Below, piece by piece: positions 38,246 to 50,662 of a stretch of DNA of 64,000 nt. Where the stretch lies: NCBI GenBank assembly GCA_951406725.2, contig OX597840.1:13268001-13332000 (forward strand). The letters are read 5' to 3'. The notes under the pieces were generated by a model. That model had not been told where the DNA came from. It saw only the letters and a program-made list of their open reading frames with translations, and did no database searches. The stretch's first letter is position 1, and every line of letters begins with the position of its first letter. A program made the position numbers and the translations under genes. This DNA is from Octopus vulgaris (lineage: Eukaryota).

Positions 38246-39690
38246 GTAAAGATAAAGAATTTTAATTCCTCAATTTCTTTTCTGAAAGTCATTAAAAAAT
38301 TATGTTAGTCCCTATATTCAATGAAACAATATAAAAACATAGATACAAACTCACACAGTTTACTAGTTTCAGCTTAAGAGCTATGGCCATGCTGGGGCAT
38401 GGCTGTTAACTATGTTATCCTTTCACTACTTGAAACCTACTCTGATGTATAGCTTTTGTGAATGAGATGGTCTGATGTTGCTGCCCTCATCTGCATTTCC
38501 TTCTGTGATACAAAGATATGGATTCAGAGAATCAGATAGTTGTCACAGAAAGTTCTTCTACTGGACTCAGCTAACAGACCACAAAGCAGTCCAATACAGA
38601 GAAATGTTATGTAGAATGTCTATGAAGCTGAAATCCAAAAGATCTTATTGATGAAATTATTTCATAAGGTATATATAAACCATAAAATATCAGATGGTAC
38701 AAGAGGTGAATAAATATTTATTTAACCACATGACATCCTAAGGATTACAGCTGTTTCACAGCCTTCTTCATGTTGTAATAATTTCAGCATGGAAGAAATT
38801 ATGCTTATATATTTGTATTATTATGCATGCTATGCATTATACAGTAAAATTGCATATTCACAAATCAATACTAATAAAGAAAGCTAGATCATCAGAATAT
38901 CATAGTTACACCAACAATTTGACTAACGGCAGTACCCCAGCATGGCCACAGCTCTTGTGCTAAAACTAGTAGCAGAATAAAAGAATAAGGAAAGAAAATC
39001 AGAATTCTGTATTTGTGTGTAATAGTTAAGGCATTTAGTACAAAAGCTTGGATATTATTGTCTAAACTCTGTATTCACTATTTGTAGTAATAAAGAGTGG
39101 CTGTCTGATGAGGTGCAATATTTATGTAACATGTGTGACATGCCTACTTTAAAAGCATCTTTCCTACATGTGCACATTACATGCAAGCAAACAAACACAC
39201 ATATTCATCTGCGTGTGTGTGTAATGAAATATCTCACTTTATAAAATGTCTAATTACTGAATCATTCTGCTGCTTTCTAAAAAGAATGAAATAGTACTAT
39301 ACATGATTACATCTGACTAAAAGCAAGAAAAATCAGTCCCTCTCTGATATATTCTAAAGGAGCAAAGTGTATTAGTTGAAATATTAATTATTTAATTAAT
39401 TAATTAGACCTCAGCTTATTACAAATGACAGTTGAATATATATCTGGCAAAATACAAAGCATTCTGTTTATCTTTTTATTTACTCTTTTGGTCTGGATTA
39501 TGTATGTTAAAATGATGACACAGAAAGCCTTCCATTTTGTCAGCTATATATTTACACATACACTCACACATATCTATTACACACACACCACATACACACA
39601 CTCATAATGTATATCACACAGACACATATATATACACACATATCTGCACACACACACACACACACACGTAAAAAGGTATATATATATATA

Positions 39691-40049
39691 TCTATATATA
39701 TAAACAGCAAAATGTCTGCGTGTGTGTCCTTTATACAAATCCACAATTTTTCAGTTAGAGGGCTCGCACTTTCTATGGTCATTCAAAACCGTCCAAGGGT
39801 GGCCATGCACATTTTTACATTTCCCCAGTCACCCCACAAAGCCATTAAAAAATCAATAGAAGTGACTTTGTGAATTTTCTATCCAAAACCCAATCAAAAT
39901 ACCTGAGACTTGATATGCCAATTGAATGCCATCTAGCTGTATAAGATTGGTCGGAGATTTGGACAGTACTCGCGTGTATGTGTGCACGCATGCAGCTGTA
40001 TATGCATGCACTAGCACTATGACCCGGCAACGCCGGGTCATAGTGCTAG
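39691..40049 (+). mobile_element. Non-autonomous Helitron
   Basis: A|TCTATATATATAAA 5' end, GC hairpin CCCGGC-AAC-GCCGGG, CTAG|T 3' end, no TSD. Confidence 0.85.
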
Positions 40050-41169
40050 TATATATATAAGTTCAGTAAAAATTTAGATTCATATGAATATGGCACCAGA
40101 ATTTAGTATGGTATTATCCATACAATTTAAAAGAAGGTGATTATAATCAAAATAAGCAATCCGTGTTGCTTATTTTGAATATATATGTATGTATGTATAT
40201 TGTCATCATTTCACATCTGTTTTCCATGCTGGCATGGGTTGGACAAGTTGACTGGGGCTGGCTTGGCAGAAGACCGCACCAGGCTTCACTGTCGGTTTTG
40301 TCAGGGCTTTCCTCACTGAATGCCCTTCCTAACACCAACCACCTTACAGAGTAGTACGCAAGTACATACACCATCATCATTTAACATCCATGCCGGCATG
40401 GGTTAGACGGTTTGACTGGAACTGCTAAGCCAGAGAACTACACCAAGTTCTAGTCGGATTTGGCATGGTTATTTATGTATGAGCGTATTTATATAATTGG
40501 TTTATTGCCTAACTCTCCATTGTATTTTTTGTGCAAAACCAGTTGGTAAGACCAGCCATGATGAATACTTAATACTATAAAATTTGACAAATTAAATTTA
40601 AATGTTGAAGTGAATCAAACGGCTTTTGTGTGTTTCTTTAATGGCTTATAAACAGTTTCCATGCTGCAACTGTATTCATTCCAGCACATGATCTCAGATC
40701 AGGTCACTTGCTATGCAAGTACATCTCCGTAATAAATATATATATATATATATATATGCACACACACAAACAGTACACATATGGTCCTTGATTCTTATAA
40801 GACCACCCTACAGGAAGCAAGCACTACAGTACAGCCAACACTGCAGTACCCTGTCACCATAGCAACTGAACTGCTCCCAACTCCTCTCCCTTTGTCATAT
40901 CATAAGACACATATTCAAATATTTCCCTACAACAATCCTGATAATCCAGGTTGCGGTGGGGGGTGGGGTGTCTTAATTTAACAGAAATAAGACTTTTCAG
41001 CATGATTTCTATCCCAAATTTCAAAACCAAAAAGACAAGCAAATAAAATGCCATAGAACTCTGCCCTCTTCTAATAACAGACCAATCTATAGTGCTGCCG
41101 TTCTATTCACTTTATCTATCTAAACCTCTTTCTCTTACTTCCTTTCTTTCTTTGCTGCTTCTTCTCCAG

Positions 41170-41209
41170 GATTCTTAGTAGAGTTGTCCAATATAACTCT
41201 CTTTGGCAG
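41170..41209 (+). CDS. erg: Candidate 40-nt micro-exon of the ERG gene (reads D-S-stop after exon 37813-38245)
   Basis: About 45-nt pyrimidine tract ending ctccag|GATTCTTAGTAG, and a strong donor GGCAG|gtaggt, in non-repetitive sequence. Confidence 0.6.
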
Positions 41210-41409
41210 GTAGGTTTATATATGTCTTCATTTTTTATAATTAATTGATTGATTTTTTTTTTCTAATTAATATTTTTGTTATTCAGTTTCTTGTTTTTCC
41301 CCTTTGCTTTATTGTCTTTTTATCTTCTGCTTTTCTTTATTCCTCTTTTCCCTGCTAAATCAGTGTCTGATAATAAACAGCTTTAAGATGTTTGCACTCT
41401 GTTGCCTGT

Positions 41410-41655
41410 TTACCCACCCACCTACCTACCTACCTACCTACAGCTATCTATCTATTTATATCTATCTGTATCTATTTATCTATCTATCTCTATCTATATA
41501 TTTATAGCTATATATCTATTTATATCTATTTACCTATATATATGTTTCTATCTATCTATCTATCTATCTATCTATATATATATATATATATTATATATAT
41601 ATATATATATATATCTATATTTATTTATATCTATCTATCTATCTCTATCTTTTTA

Positions 41656-41727
<72 letters not shown>
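41410..41727. repeat. Compound (CCTA)/(TCTA)/(TA)n microsatellite
   Basis: Direct reading. Confidence 0.95.
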
Positions 41728-41730
<3 letters not shown>

Positions 41731-41824
41731 TCCTGTTCATCGACAGTTTTCAGAATGGATATAATATATATATCTACCTACCTGGTTGGTTTGCCCTAAC
41801 CAATGCAACTCTTCTTCACCAGCC

Positions 41825-42400
41825 GTCTCAGTCTTCCTTAGTAGTTTTCTTATTCTCAAACTTCATATCCCTTATGTCCCACAAATTGGTCTTCCCTCTT
41901 CTTGGTTTACTGATACCTTTATGTCCTTGCATGAGTTTCCAAAGAAGGAGTCCACTCCTGGATATTCCATCCTTACTTCTGTAGCTATGTCTTGCATAAA
42001 GTATTCTCTGATTACCAAAGTGATGGCAGGAAGACTTCCATACATCCAACGCGTTGTAGGTTGTTGCTGTCAAGAAAGATTGAGAACTGCACTAATACTT
42101 ACATACCATTAAGCTTCTTTTGAAGTCCATGCTGAAGAGCCATAGAGAAATACTGCTTCAAAGACTGCTTTGAGGAAATCCCTTTTCATGTTGTTAAGAA
42201 AGAAGGACTTTCATATAATTCTGTGTCAGTCTAGGGCATTACATGCTTTTGCAGTCGTTACTTAGACATCCTATTCTGTTGAAACGATGTTAATTTGCAG
42301 GTAGTTAAAAGTCATCAACCATCATCAGATTAGCATCATTCAGTTAACAAGCTATCACCTGTTATGTAATGGGTGATATCTTTGTGTACATTTGCAGGCG
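41825..42400 (-). mobile_element. Possible highly decayed LINE remnant
   Basis: Weak RTE-like C-terminal pattern ([15 protein letters not shown]) with many stops. Confidence 0.3.
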
Positions 42401-42564
42401 TCTATATGTGTGTGCACCTGTCTATATCTCTTTAACTGGCTAATGAGGTCGGAGTGTCTTGACATGCTTGCAAGTTCTGCTAGAAAAAGCAGTTTAATCT
42501 ATCAGAAATATCACACTAATCAGTAAACCGTGTGCCTTCGCAGCACATGGCTGAGTGGTTAATA

Positions 42565-43164
42565 TCGTGTGTGGACAGGATGCCGAATGCATTTTTGCCA
42601 AAGGACAAGAAGCTGAATGGACACAATGCCAAATGGACATAAAGCCGAACAGACACAATGCTGAACAGACACAAAGCCAAATGGGCACAATGCTAAATAG
42701 ACATAAAACCGAACAGACACAATACTGAACGGACATAAAGCCGAATGGACACAATGCTGAACGGACATAAAGCCGAATGGACACAATGCTGAACGGACAT
42801 AAAGCCGAATGGACACAATGCTGAACAGCCAAACACACACAATGCCAAATGGACATAAAGCCAAATGGACACAATCCTGAACGGACACATAAAGCCAAAT
42901 AGACATAAAGTCTATAAAGTCTGAGTGCACACTGCCAAATGGACATAAAGCCAGATGAACACAATAATAACAAAAAAACATTCCTACCTATAGAATTTAA
43001 TGACCAATTCACCAATTTGACACTTAAGATTTAATGAGATGAAATTTTAATTTTCGCATGTCATTTTGGCATCTTGCCCGTTTGGCATTGTGTCCATTTG
43101 GTTTCTTGGCTTCAGCTTCTTGTCCTTTGGCAAAAGTGCATTTGGCATCCTGTCCATGTACCCA
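42565..43164. mobile_element. Non-autonomous DNA transposon with TIRs and 15-bp subterminal tandem repeats, inserted in a SINE head
   Basis: TGGACAGGATGCCGAATGCATTTTTGCCAAAGGACAAGAAGCTGAA recurs inverted at ~43111-43156. More than 20 units of GGACACAATGCTGAA/GGACATAAAGCCGAA at 42618-42965. GTTAATA is duplicated at both flanks. Confidence 0.85.
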
Positions 43165-44073
43165 GTTAATACATTCAGCTCATGGTCATCTAGTCCTGAG
43201 TTCAGTTCATAGGATGTGTTGTATCCTTGAGCAAGACACTTTATTTCATGTTGCTCAAGACCACTCAGCTGGCAAAAATGTATTGTACCTGAAATTCAAT
43301 GAGCCAGGTGTGTCATGCTGAATCTCCCTGATAACTTCATAAAAGCTGTGTGTCTGTGGAGTACTCAACCACTTATCGGTTAATTTCACAAGCAGGCTGT
43401 TCCATTGATCATTGTTGTGTCAGTTTGAGAGGCGAGAACTGGTTAGTTTGAAAAAGGTTAAAGGTATGCATGTCTGTGGAGTACTCAGCCACTTGCACGT
43501 AAATTTCATGAGCAGGCTGTTCCATCGATCCAATCAACTGAAAACCTTGTCATGCTCAACCGAGTGCCCAGTCGACCATTATCACTGTCCGAAAAAGTGG
43601 AAAGTTACTTTAGATAATGTAGTCTTATATATCCTCACCACCTCTTGATAAAGGGGTGACAGTCACGCCTGGAAGGCTTTTAATTGTAGGGCTGCACAAT
43701 CAGAACTGATCTACATTACAGGATTAAACATTGTAAGTAGTTCAGAGGTTTTTTAAGCCCAGGTCAAACATAATTAAACAGAGGTAGGCTCATATACAAT
43801 CCAGTTATAATCATGCTATCTTTTTATATTTGTCTAATGAATTCTTTAACATTTTTTAGGGAAGAGAGAGTATGGTGCAATTTCCAGTAAATTTGTCTGC
43901 TATTTCTAGCAGGTTAAACAACCGGCTTCAAAATTCCGCCGTTGCTTTTCGTCCAAAAATCTCAGAATTTTTAAAGGGAGATAACTATCTCGCACCAGCC
44001 TTCTCAAGGGAGATAACTTACGCTTTATATTTCGTTTATGTATTTGGTTTGAAAGATTCCTAACGATACAGAT

Positions 44074-44354
44074 TTAACTGTGTCTTGGGTGGGTCATTTT
44101 CCTAATAAACACACGCACTGCTTCTTTTTTCTTTATTATTTGTTAATTGCTTAACTATTTAACCGATTGTCGTCGCGAATTGAATAGTGACGAAAACACT
44201 GACAAACGTTACTGATAGATTGACCAGCAGAATCATTAATCAAACAACCGATTAATTAATTGATTAAATAGTTAACCAACTAACAAATAATAAAGTAAAT
44301 AACACCAGTGCGTGTATATCTTTGGCATTATGATCCTCCTGAGATACAACTTAA
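44074..44354. mobile_element. MITE-like element with ~90-bp imperfect inverted arms
   Basis: The left arm (gtcttgggtgggtcat...cacgcactg...ttaactatttaa) pairs with the right arm; TTAA at both ends. Related fragments at ~49745-49820 and ~50200-50520. Confidence 0.65.
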
Positions 44355-47300
44355 TGACATATATATATTCTTTTTTATTATTAAAGCTACAAGGACAACA
44401 CTAAAGCTCTTGATCACAACTGCCCACCACACGGGAGCATGAAACTCCGAGTAGTTTTTTTTGTAATGTTCTTGTAGTTTTAATTTTTAAAAAGTGCATA
44501 TTACTCTACCTCCGGTATTTGAGCACTATTTTTTTTTTCAACCCTGGTTGTTTTACGTTCTGAGCAAAGCTCTTCTTCGGAAACAGGAAACACAAGAAAG
44601 TCCAAAGGAAAAGGAAGAAGAAGGGGAAAAAAAAATCGCCAAGTCCACATATAGTCATGTTTTGGAATGTGTGTGTATATATATATACACACACACATAC
44701 ACACACACACACGTGTGTAGTTATATAACCTTTGCTCTGTTTTAATCTAAAATTGCATATTTGCTAATTAATGATGGTATAAATTTAGTTTTTCCTTTGG
44801 TAGCAGATTGTCTTTAATTATTACATTGACTGATCCTTCATCACTCCTGATCCCTCTTTACACCTTTCCCTTTTCATAACTCTTTTATTCTTCCCTGGCT
44901 TTTCATGTTCCATCCTATCTCCTGTAGAGTGCATGTTCTTATGGTTATTGTTGCTTTTCTTTCTTTACTTGACGTATTGTTGCTTCCTCTCCCCTCTTTT
45001 GCCATTTTACTAAGCATTTTATTCAATATTATTATTATTATTATTATTATCATTATTATTATTATTAAGGCGGTGAGCTGCCAAATTCATTAGCACGCTG
45101 GACAAAATGTTTTGCATCATTACGGAATATGCTAGGTTTTGAGTTCAAATTCTGCCGAGGTTGACTTTGCCTTTCATCCTTTCAGGGTCAATAAATTAAG
45201 TACCAGTCAAGTACTGGGGTTGTTGGGACCAACTTTATCCCTCCCCCAAAATTTCTGACCTTGTGCCTTTAGTAGAAAGGATCGTCATCATCATCGTCAT
45301 GGTGATGGTGATGGTCAGCTGACAGAATCATTAACATGCCAGGCAAAATGCTTTGCAGCATTTCGTCTATCTTCGGGTTCTGAGTTCAAATTCCACTGTG
45401 GTTGGCTTTGCCTTTCATCTTTCCGGGGTTGATGAAATAAGTACCAATGCACTAGGGTCAATATAATCGACTAGACCCCTTCCCCCAAAATTTTCAAGGT
45501 TTGGTGCCTAGAGTAGAAATAATAATAATTATTATTATTATTATTGAGTGAGAGAGTAGTACATGCCATCAAAGCGACACTGGGGTAAAATATACGAAGC
45601 CCAACATACCCATCATGATTACCCATCTGATAAGGGTACACCAGGCACATGCATCGCAACCATATGTGCGCAACATGGTGATGTCATATCGAGATAAACA
45701 GTGCATGACCTTGTAGGTGGGCCCCAGTTAGAATTTTCTTTAGATCAAGTAGCCCATCTTACTCAAAAGGTCCCTGAATAAGGATTGTTTAAGGATGTTG
45801 AACGAAACACCCGTGTTTCCAGAGGTGAATTAGTCAAACCCCAAAGAATTTCTCTCTGCACATGGCTAAGATGCTCCCCCACTACTTCTGCTCGTGGTCA
45901 GAGATGCACATATTATCAGCCACTAAGGGACATGGTCAACTGGTTACGGTCAAACAACTGGCAAGCAAATCTGTGGTATTGAGCAGAATATTTGCTGTAG
46001 CCCATCTTTTATACCAACACAAAACAATGTATATGATAACACTTCCAATCAGTTCAGATCAGAAGCCATGAAAGCCACAGCCTGGATCTGCATCAAGGCA
46101 TTGTTATTATTATTAAGGTGGTGAGATTGCAGAAAAGTTAGCATACCAGGAAAAATGCTTAGTGGTATTTTGTCGCTCTTTACATTCTGAGTTCAAATTC
46201 CGCCGAGGTCAACTTTGCCTTTCATCTTTTCATGGTCAATAAATTAAGTACCAATTATGTACTGGGGTCAATCTAATCAACTGGCCCCTTCCCCAAAAAA
46301 TTTTGGGCCTTGTGCCTAGAATAGAAAAGAATATCATTATTATTTATTATTATTATTATTATTATAGTGAGCTGAGAGATTCATTAGTATATTGGACGTG
46401 TCCCAGCACTTTACTTTCTGTGATCAAATTCTGTTGAGGTCAACTTTCCGTTTCATCCTTTTGCGATTGATGAAATAAAGTATCAGTCAAGTACTGGGGT
46501 CAATGTGGACGGTTCGACCGGGGTCTGGGAAGCCAGGGGCCGCTCCAGACTCCAGTCTGATCTGGCAGAGTTTCTACGGCTGGATGCCCTTCCTAACGCC
46601 AACCACTCCGTGAGTGGAGTGGGTGCTTTTTACGTGCCACCTGCACAGGGGCCGGGGGGTCCGGCATCGGTCGCGATCCGTTCGAGCTTTTAACGTGCCA
46701 TCAGCACGGGGGCAACGGGATCCGGGGTATCCGGGGTACTTTGAATGGGTAGGGGTGGGGAAGGTTGGGGGGTAAGGAGGAACGATGGCAGGAAGGGTTG
46801 GTGCAGGTTCGTAAGAAATAAAAACGTAGGATATTACGAGGCGTGGAGGGGACTGGAAGGAGATAGTAGGATTGAGGCAGTGTCAGATTCAAAACAGGAG
46901 GAAGTGTAAGATCAGTGGGCGGTTGATGAGCTGTGATGCTAGCAGCTTGTCTTTTCACAGTGAAAGCATATGAGGAGAAGGGGTAGGAAGGGGTGGTGGG
47001 GGAGGAGGAGGGAGTATCCGGTGTAGATGGTGAGAACAGTGTTCACCGGTATTGATGGTGGGGGTGGGAGGGCGGGCGCACGGCGCACTGGAAGAAGATG
47101 AGATTTAGGCGGCAGAAAGAAAGACAGGATTTGAGATGGAATGCTTTGCGATCGTGTGCATAAGTTTCTATGAGTGGAAGTTGGGAAAAGATGGGTTAGA
47201 GAATTAAGCGACAGAAAGAAAGACCAGATTTGAGACGAGATGTTTTTGCGGTCGTGTGAATAAGTTTTTGTGAGTGAAAGTTTATATGCTTCAGCTAGCA

Positions 47301-50300
47301 TTTGAGACGAAAGACAACGATAACGCTAATATATGGGGAAACAATAATAATAAGAAGGCTTGATGGTGATGATGATACTTGCAAAAACAATGAAAAGAGG
47401 AACAGGACTTAGCTGCTGTGTATTAAATTATACAAGATTAACTACTCTTGTAGCCACATCCATAACTGCTAGTTTCATTTTAAACAGGAGACTATGTTAG
47501 ATATGACACAATATTATTTGATATTACATACATCGTCATCATCATCGTTTAACATCTGCTTTCCATGGGTTCGACGATTTGACTGGGGTCTGATGAACCA
47601 GATGGCTGCACCAGGCTCCAATTTGATCTAGCAGAGTTTCTACAGCTGGATGCCCTTCCTAATGCCAACCACTCCGAGAGTGCAGTGGCTGCTTTTACAT
47701 GCCACTGGCACGAGGGCCAGTCAGGTGGTACTGGCAACGGCCACACTCAGATGGTACTTTTTATGTGCCACTTGCACAGGAGCCAGTCCAGCGGCACTGG
47801 CAACGACCTCGCTCAAATGTTTTTTCCCATGCCACCGGCACAAGTGCCAGTAAGGCAACACAGGTAACAATCACACTTGAATGGTGTTTTTTACGTGACA
47901 CTGGCACAGAGGCCAGCTTGTTGCTCTGGCAACGTTCATGCTCATATGGTACTCTTAGCGCTCCATGGTGTGATATCACACGAAGTATTGTGCATGGTAG
48001 GGTACTATTCATGAGTGCATATGGTTAGATACTGTACATGATAGCATTTTATATATTGCAGGGTACTATTCATGACAGTGAAGGTGCACGGCTCAGTGGT
48101 TAGAGCGTCAAGCTTACGATCGTAAGGTTGTAAGTTTGATTCTCGGACTGGGTTGCATGTTGTGTTCTTGAGCAAGACACTTTATTTCACGTCGCTCCAG
48201 TTCACTCAGCTGTAGAAATGAGTTGCAACATCACTGGTACCAAGCTGTATCAGCCTTTGCCTTTCCCTTAGATAACATCGGTGGCATGAAGAGGGGAGGC
48301 TGGTATGCATGGTCAACTGCTGGTCTTCCATAAACAACTTTGCCCAGTCTTGTGCCTGGGAGGTTAACTTTCTAGGTGCAATCCCATGGTCATTCATGTC
48401 CGAAGGGGGTCTCCCCTTCATGACAGCTTATTATGTGTGGCAAGGTGCACTACATGGTAGAATTTTATACATGGGACTGTATTTATTCATGGTATTATAA
48501 TATACAAAATTAAGGTGGTGAGTTGGCAGAATCGTTAGGATGCTGGGCAAGAAGCTTCGTGGCATTTTGTCTGTATGCATTCTGAGTTCAAATTCTGCCA
48601 AGGTCTACTTTGCTTTTCCTCCTTTTGGGTTCGATAAATTAAGTACCAGTGAAACACTGAGGTTGATGAAATCAACTTGCTCCCTCCCCCAAAATGGCTG
48701 CCCTTGTGGCAAAATTTGAAACCATTATAATATAGAGAATAACATTTTATACAGGTTAACGTATTGCACGGGGTAGGATTTTATAGACAGCAGCAGTTTG
48801 GATCTGATACTTCATTATATACATCAGGCATGGACAACATTTAGAGTGAAGCAGGCCACATGAGACAGGACTCATCATCAAGCAGGCTTCACTACTAAGA
48901 AAATCCAAGGTTATTTTTCATTGGATGCCATTTAAAAAGTCCCACTGGCTGCAGTTTGTCTGACTGATCTACCTTTTTATGATGATCATCATCATTTCAT
49001 ATTCATCTTCCATGCTGGTATGGGTTGGACAGTTTGACAGGAGCCGGCCAGGTACAAAACTACCTCAAGCTATTGTGTCTGTTTTGGCAGGGTTTTTATG
49101 GCTGGATGCCCTTCTTAACACCAACCACCCCACGGACTTAGTGCTTTTTATATGACACTAGCACAGGTGAGGTCTGTTTTGGCATGGCCCTTCCAAACAC
49201 CAACCACTTTACAGTGTAGATTGGATGCTTTTTATATGGCACTGACAAGGTCACCAAAGTAACTCACAAGACAAGGAATTTTGAGAGGGAAGGCAGCAAT
49301 AGAAGAGGTGATCAGAGAGAGAGAGAAAAAAGAGAGGAAAGAGAGAGGTGGAGAGCATAGTAACAGGAGGGAGGGCAGAAACAGGTGTGCTGCTGTGGAG
49401 GAGATTCATGGTTACCCAGCCAGAGGGAAGAGCAAAATAATCCTGGGTGTGGCAATAGACAGATCTATATGCTAATTAAAAAATAATCCAGGGCGTGGCA
49501 GTAAAACCCTACCAGATTCACCATTCTCATTAAATGTTTCATCACTAAATGCATAGCATGCAGCGATGAAAACTGCAAGGGAAACTGGAAAAGAAATGAA
49601 TGGTAACGCATTAAGCTACATGAAGTCTGTGGAGTGCTCAGCCACATAAATTTCATGAGAGTACCATTTAGATGCATGTGCTTTTATCACCAGCTTAACT
49701 TCATTAACACCATACCAAATGCCATATGAAATATAAGAGGTTATTCAATTGCATCTTGGGAGGGTCATTATGCCAATAACAAACACATGCACTGACTCTA
49801 GTTCACTTCGTTATTATTCTTTTACACATAATGTTTCTGTCATCAGACTTCCGCCATGCTGGGGCATCACCTTGAAGAACTTTAATCGAATGAATTGATC
49901 CCAGTATTTTTTTTATTTTTTAAGCCTGGTACTTAATCTATTAGCCTCTTATGCCAAATTGCTAAATTACGGAGGATGTAAACGTACCAACACCAGTTGG
50001 GGGGACAAACACACGCACATTCACACACATATATACATATAATACGACAGGCTTCTTTCAGTTTCCATCTTCCAAATCCACTCACAAGGCTTTGGTCAGC
50101 CCGAGTCTATAGTAAAAGACATTTGCCCAAGGTGCCACACAGGGGGACTGAACCCATAGCCATGTGGCTAGGAAGCAAGCCACTCCTGTGCCTATACTGG
50201 TTAACTATTTAACCAACCAACTTATCAATCATTTGATTAAATCAATTGATCAGTTTGTCATAAATCTGTCATTTATGTAATAAATTCATTTTGTGTTTAT

Positions 50301-50545
50301 TTGATTTTTGTTGTTGATTCTTAAAGTTTTTTTATTATACATAGTAGCATATTATGTATGGAGTTTAATAGTCTTTTCTATTTTGGAAGGGTCATTATGC
50401 CAGTAATACATGCACTGGTTGTATTTCACTTCATTATTATTCATTTAACGAATCAATCAGTTTGCCATAATACTTTTGCTGTTGTTTATATAATAAATTA
50501 ATTTGTTGATTCTTAAACATGTTTCTTATGTTTTTTTTTTCAAAG

Positions 50546-50662
50546 ATTGGTGTCCCATACCAGGTCAGCTCATCTGAAGATTTGTGTTGCTGTGAAGGAC
50601 CTGTAGATCACCATTTCACTCCGTCAACTTCTTCTCCTTCTTTGGAATATCCCATGTTTTAA
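50546..50662 (+). CDS. erg: Probable terminal coding exon of the ERG gene
   Basis: T11-caaag|ATT. The phase-0 frame is the longest: IGVPYQVSSSEDLCCCEGPVDHHFTPSTSSPSLEYPMF*. Followed by a long SINE-free tract. Confidence 0.55.
   Translation: MGVPYQVSSSEDLCCCEGPVDHHFTPSTSSPSLEYPMF

Noticed and set aside
40802-40949. Extra coding exon (TTLQEASTTVQPTLQYP...)
   Set aside because: The frame is open and phase-compatible (0 to 1), but the acceptor lacks a good pyrimidine tract, the donor (gttgcg) is weak and there is no homology. It cannot be supported without RNA data.
41176-41196. A-to-I read-through of the tandem TAG-TAG stops
   Set aside because: It would need two edits, and a TAA follows four codons later in the same frame.
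42494-43015. 173-aa and 140-aa Cys-rich repetitive ORFs
   Set aside because: They are by-products of the 15-bp subterminal repeats of a non-autonomous transposon.
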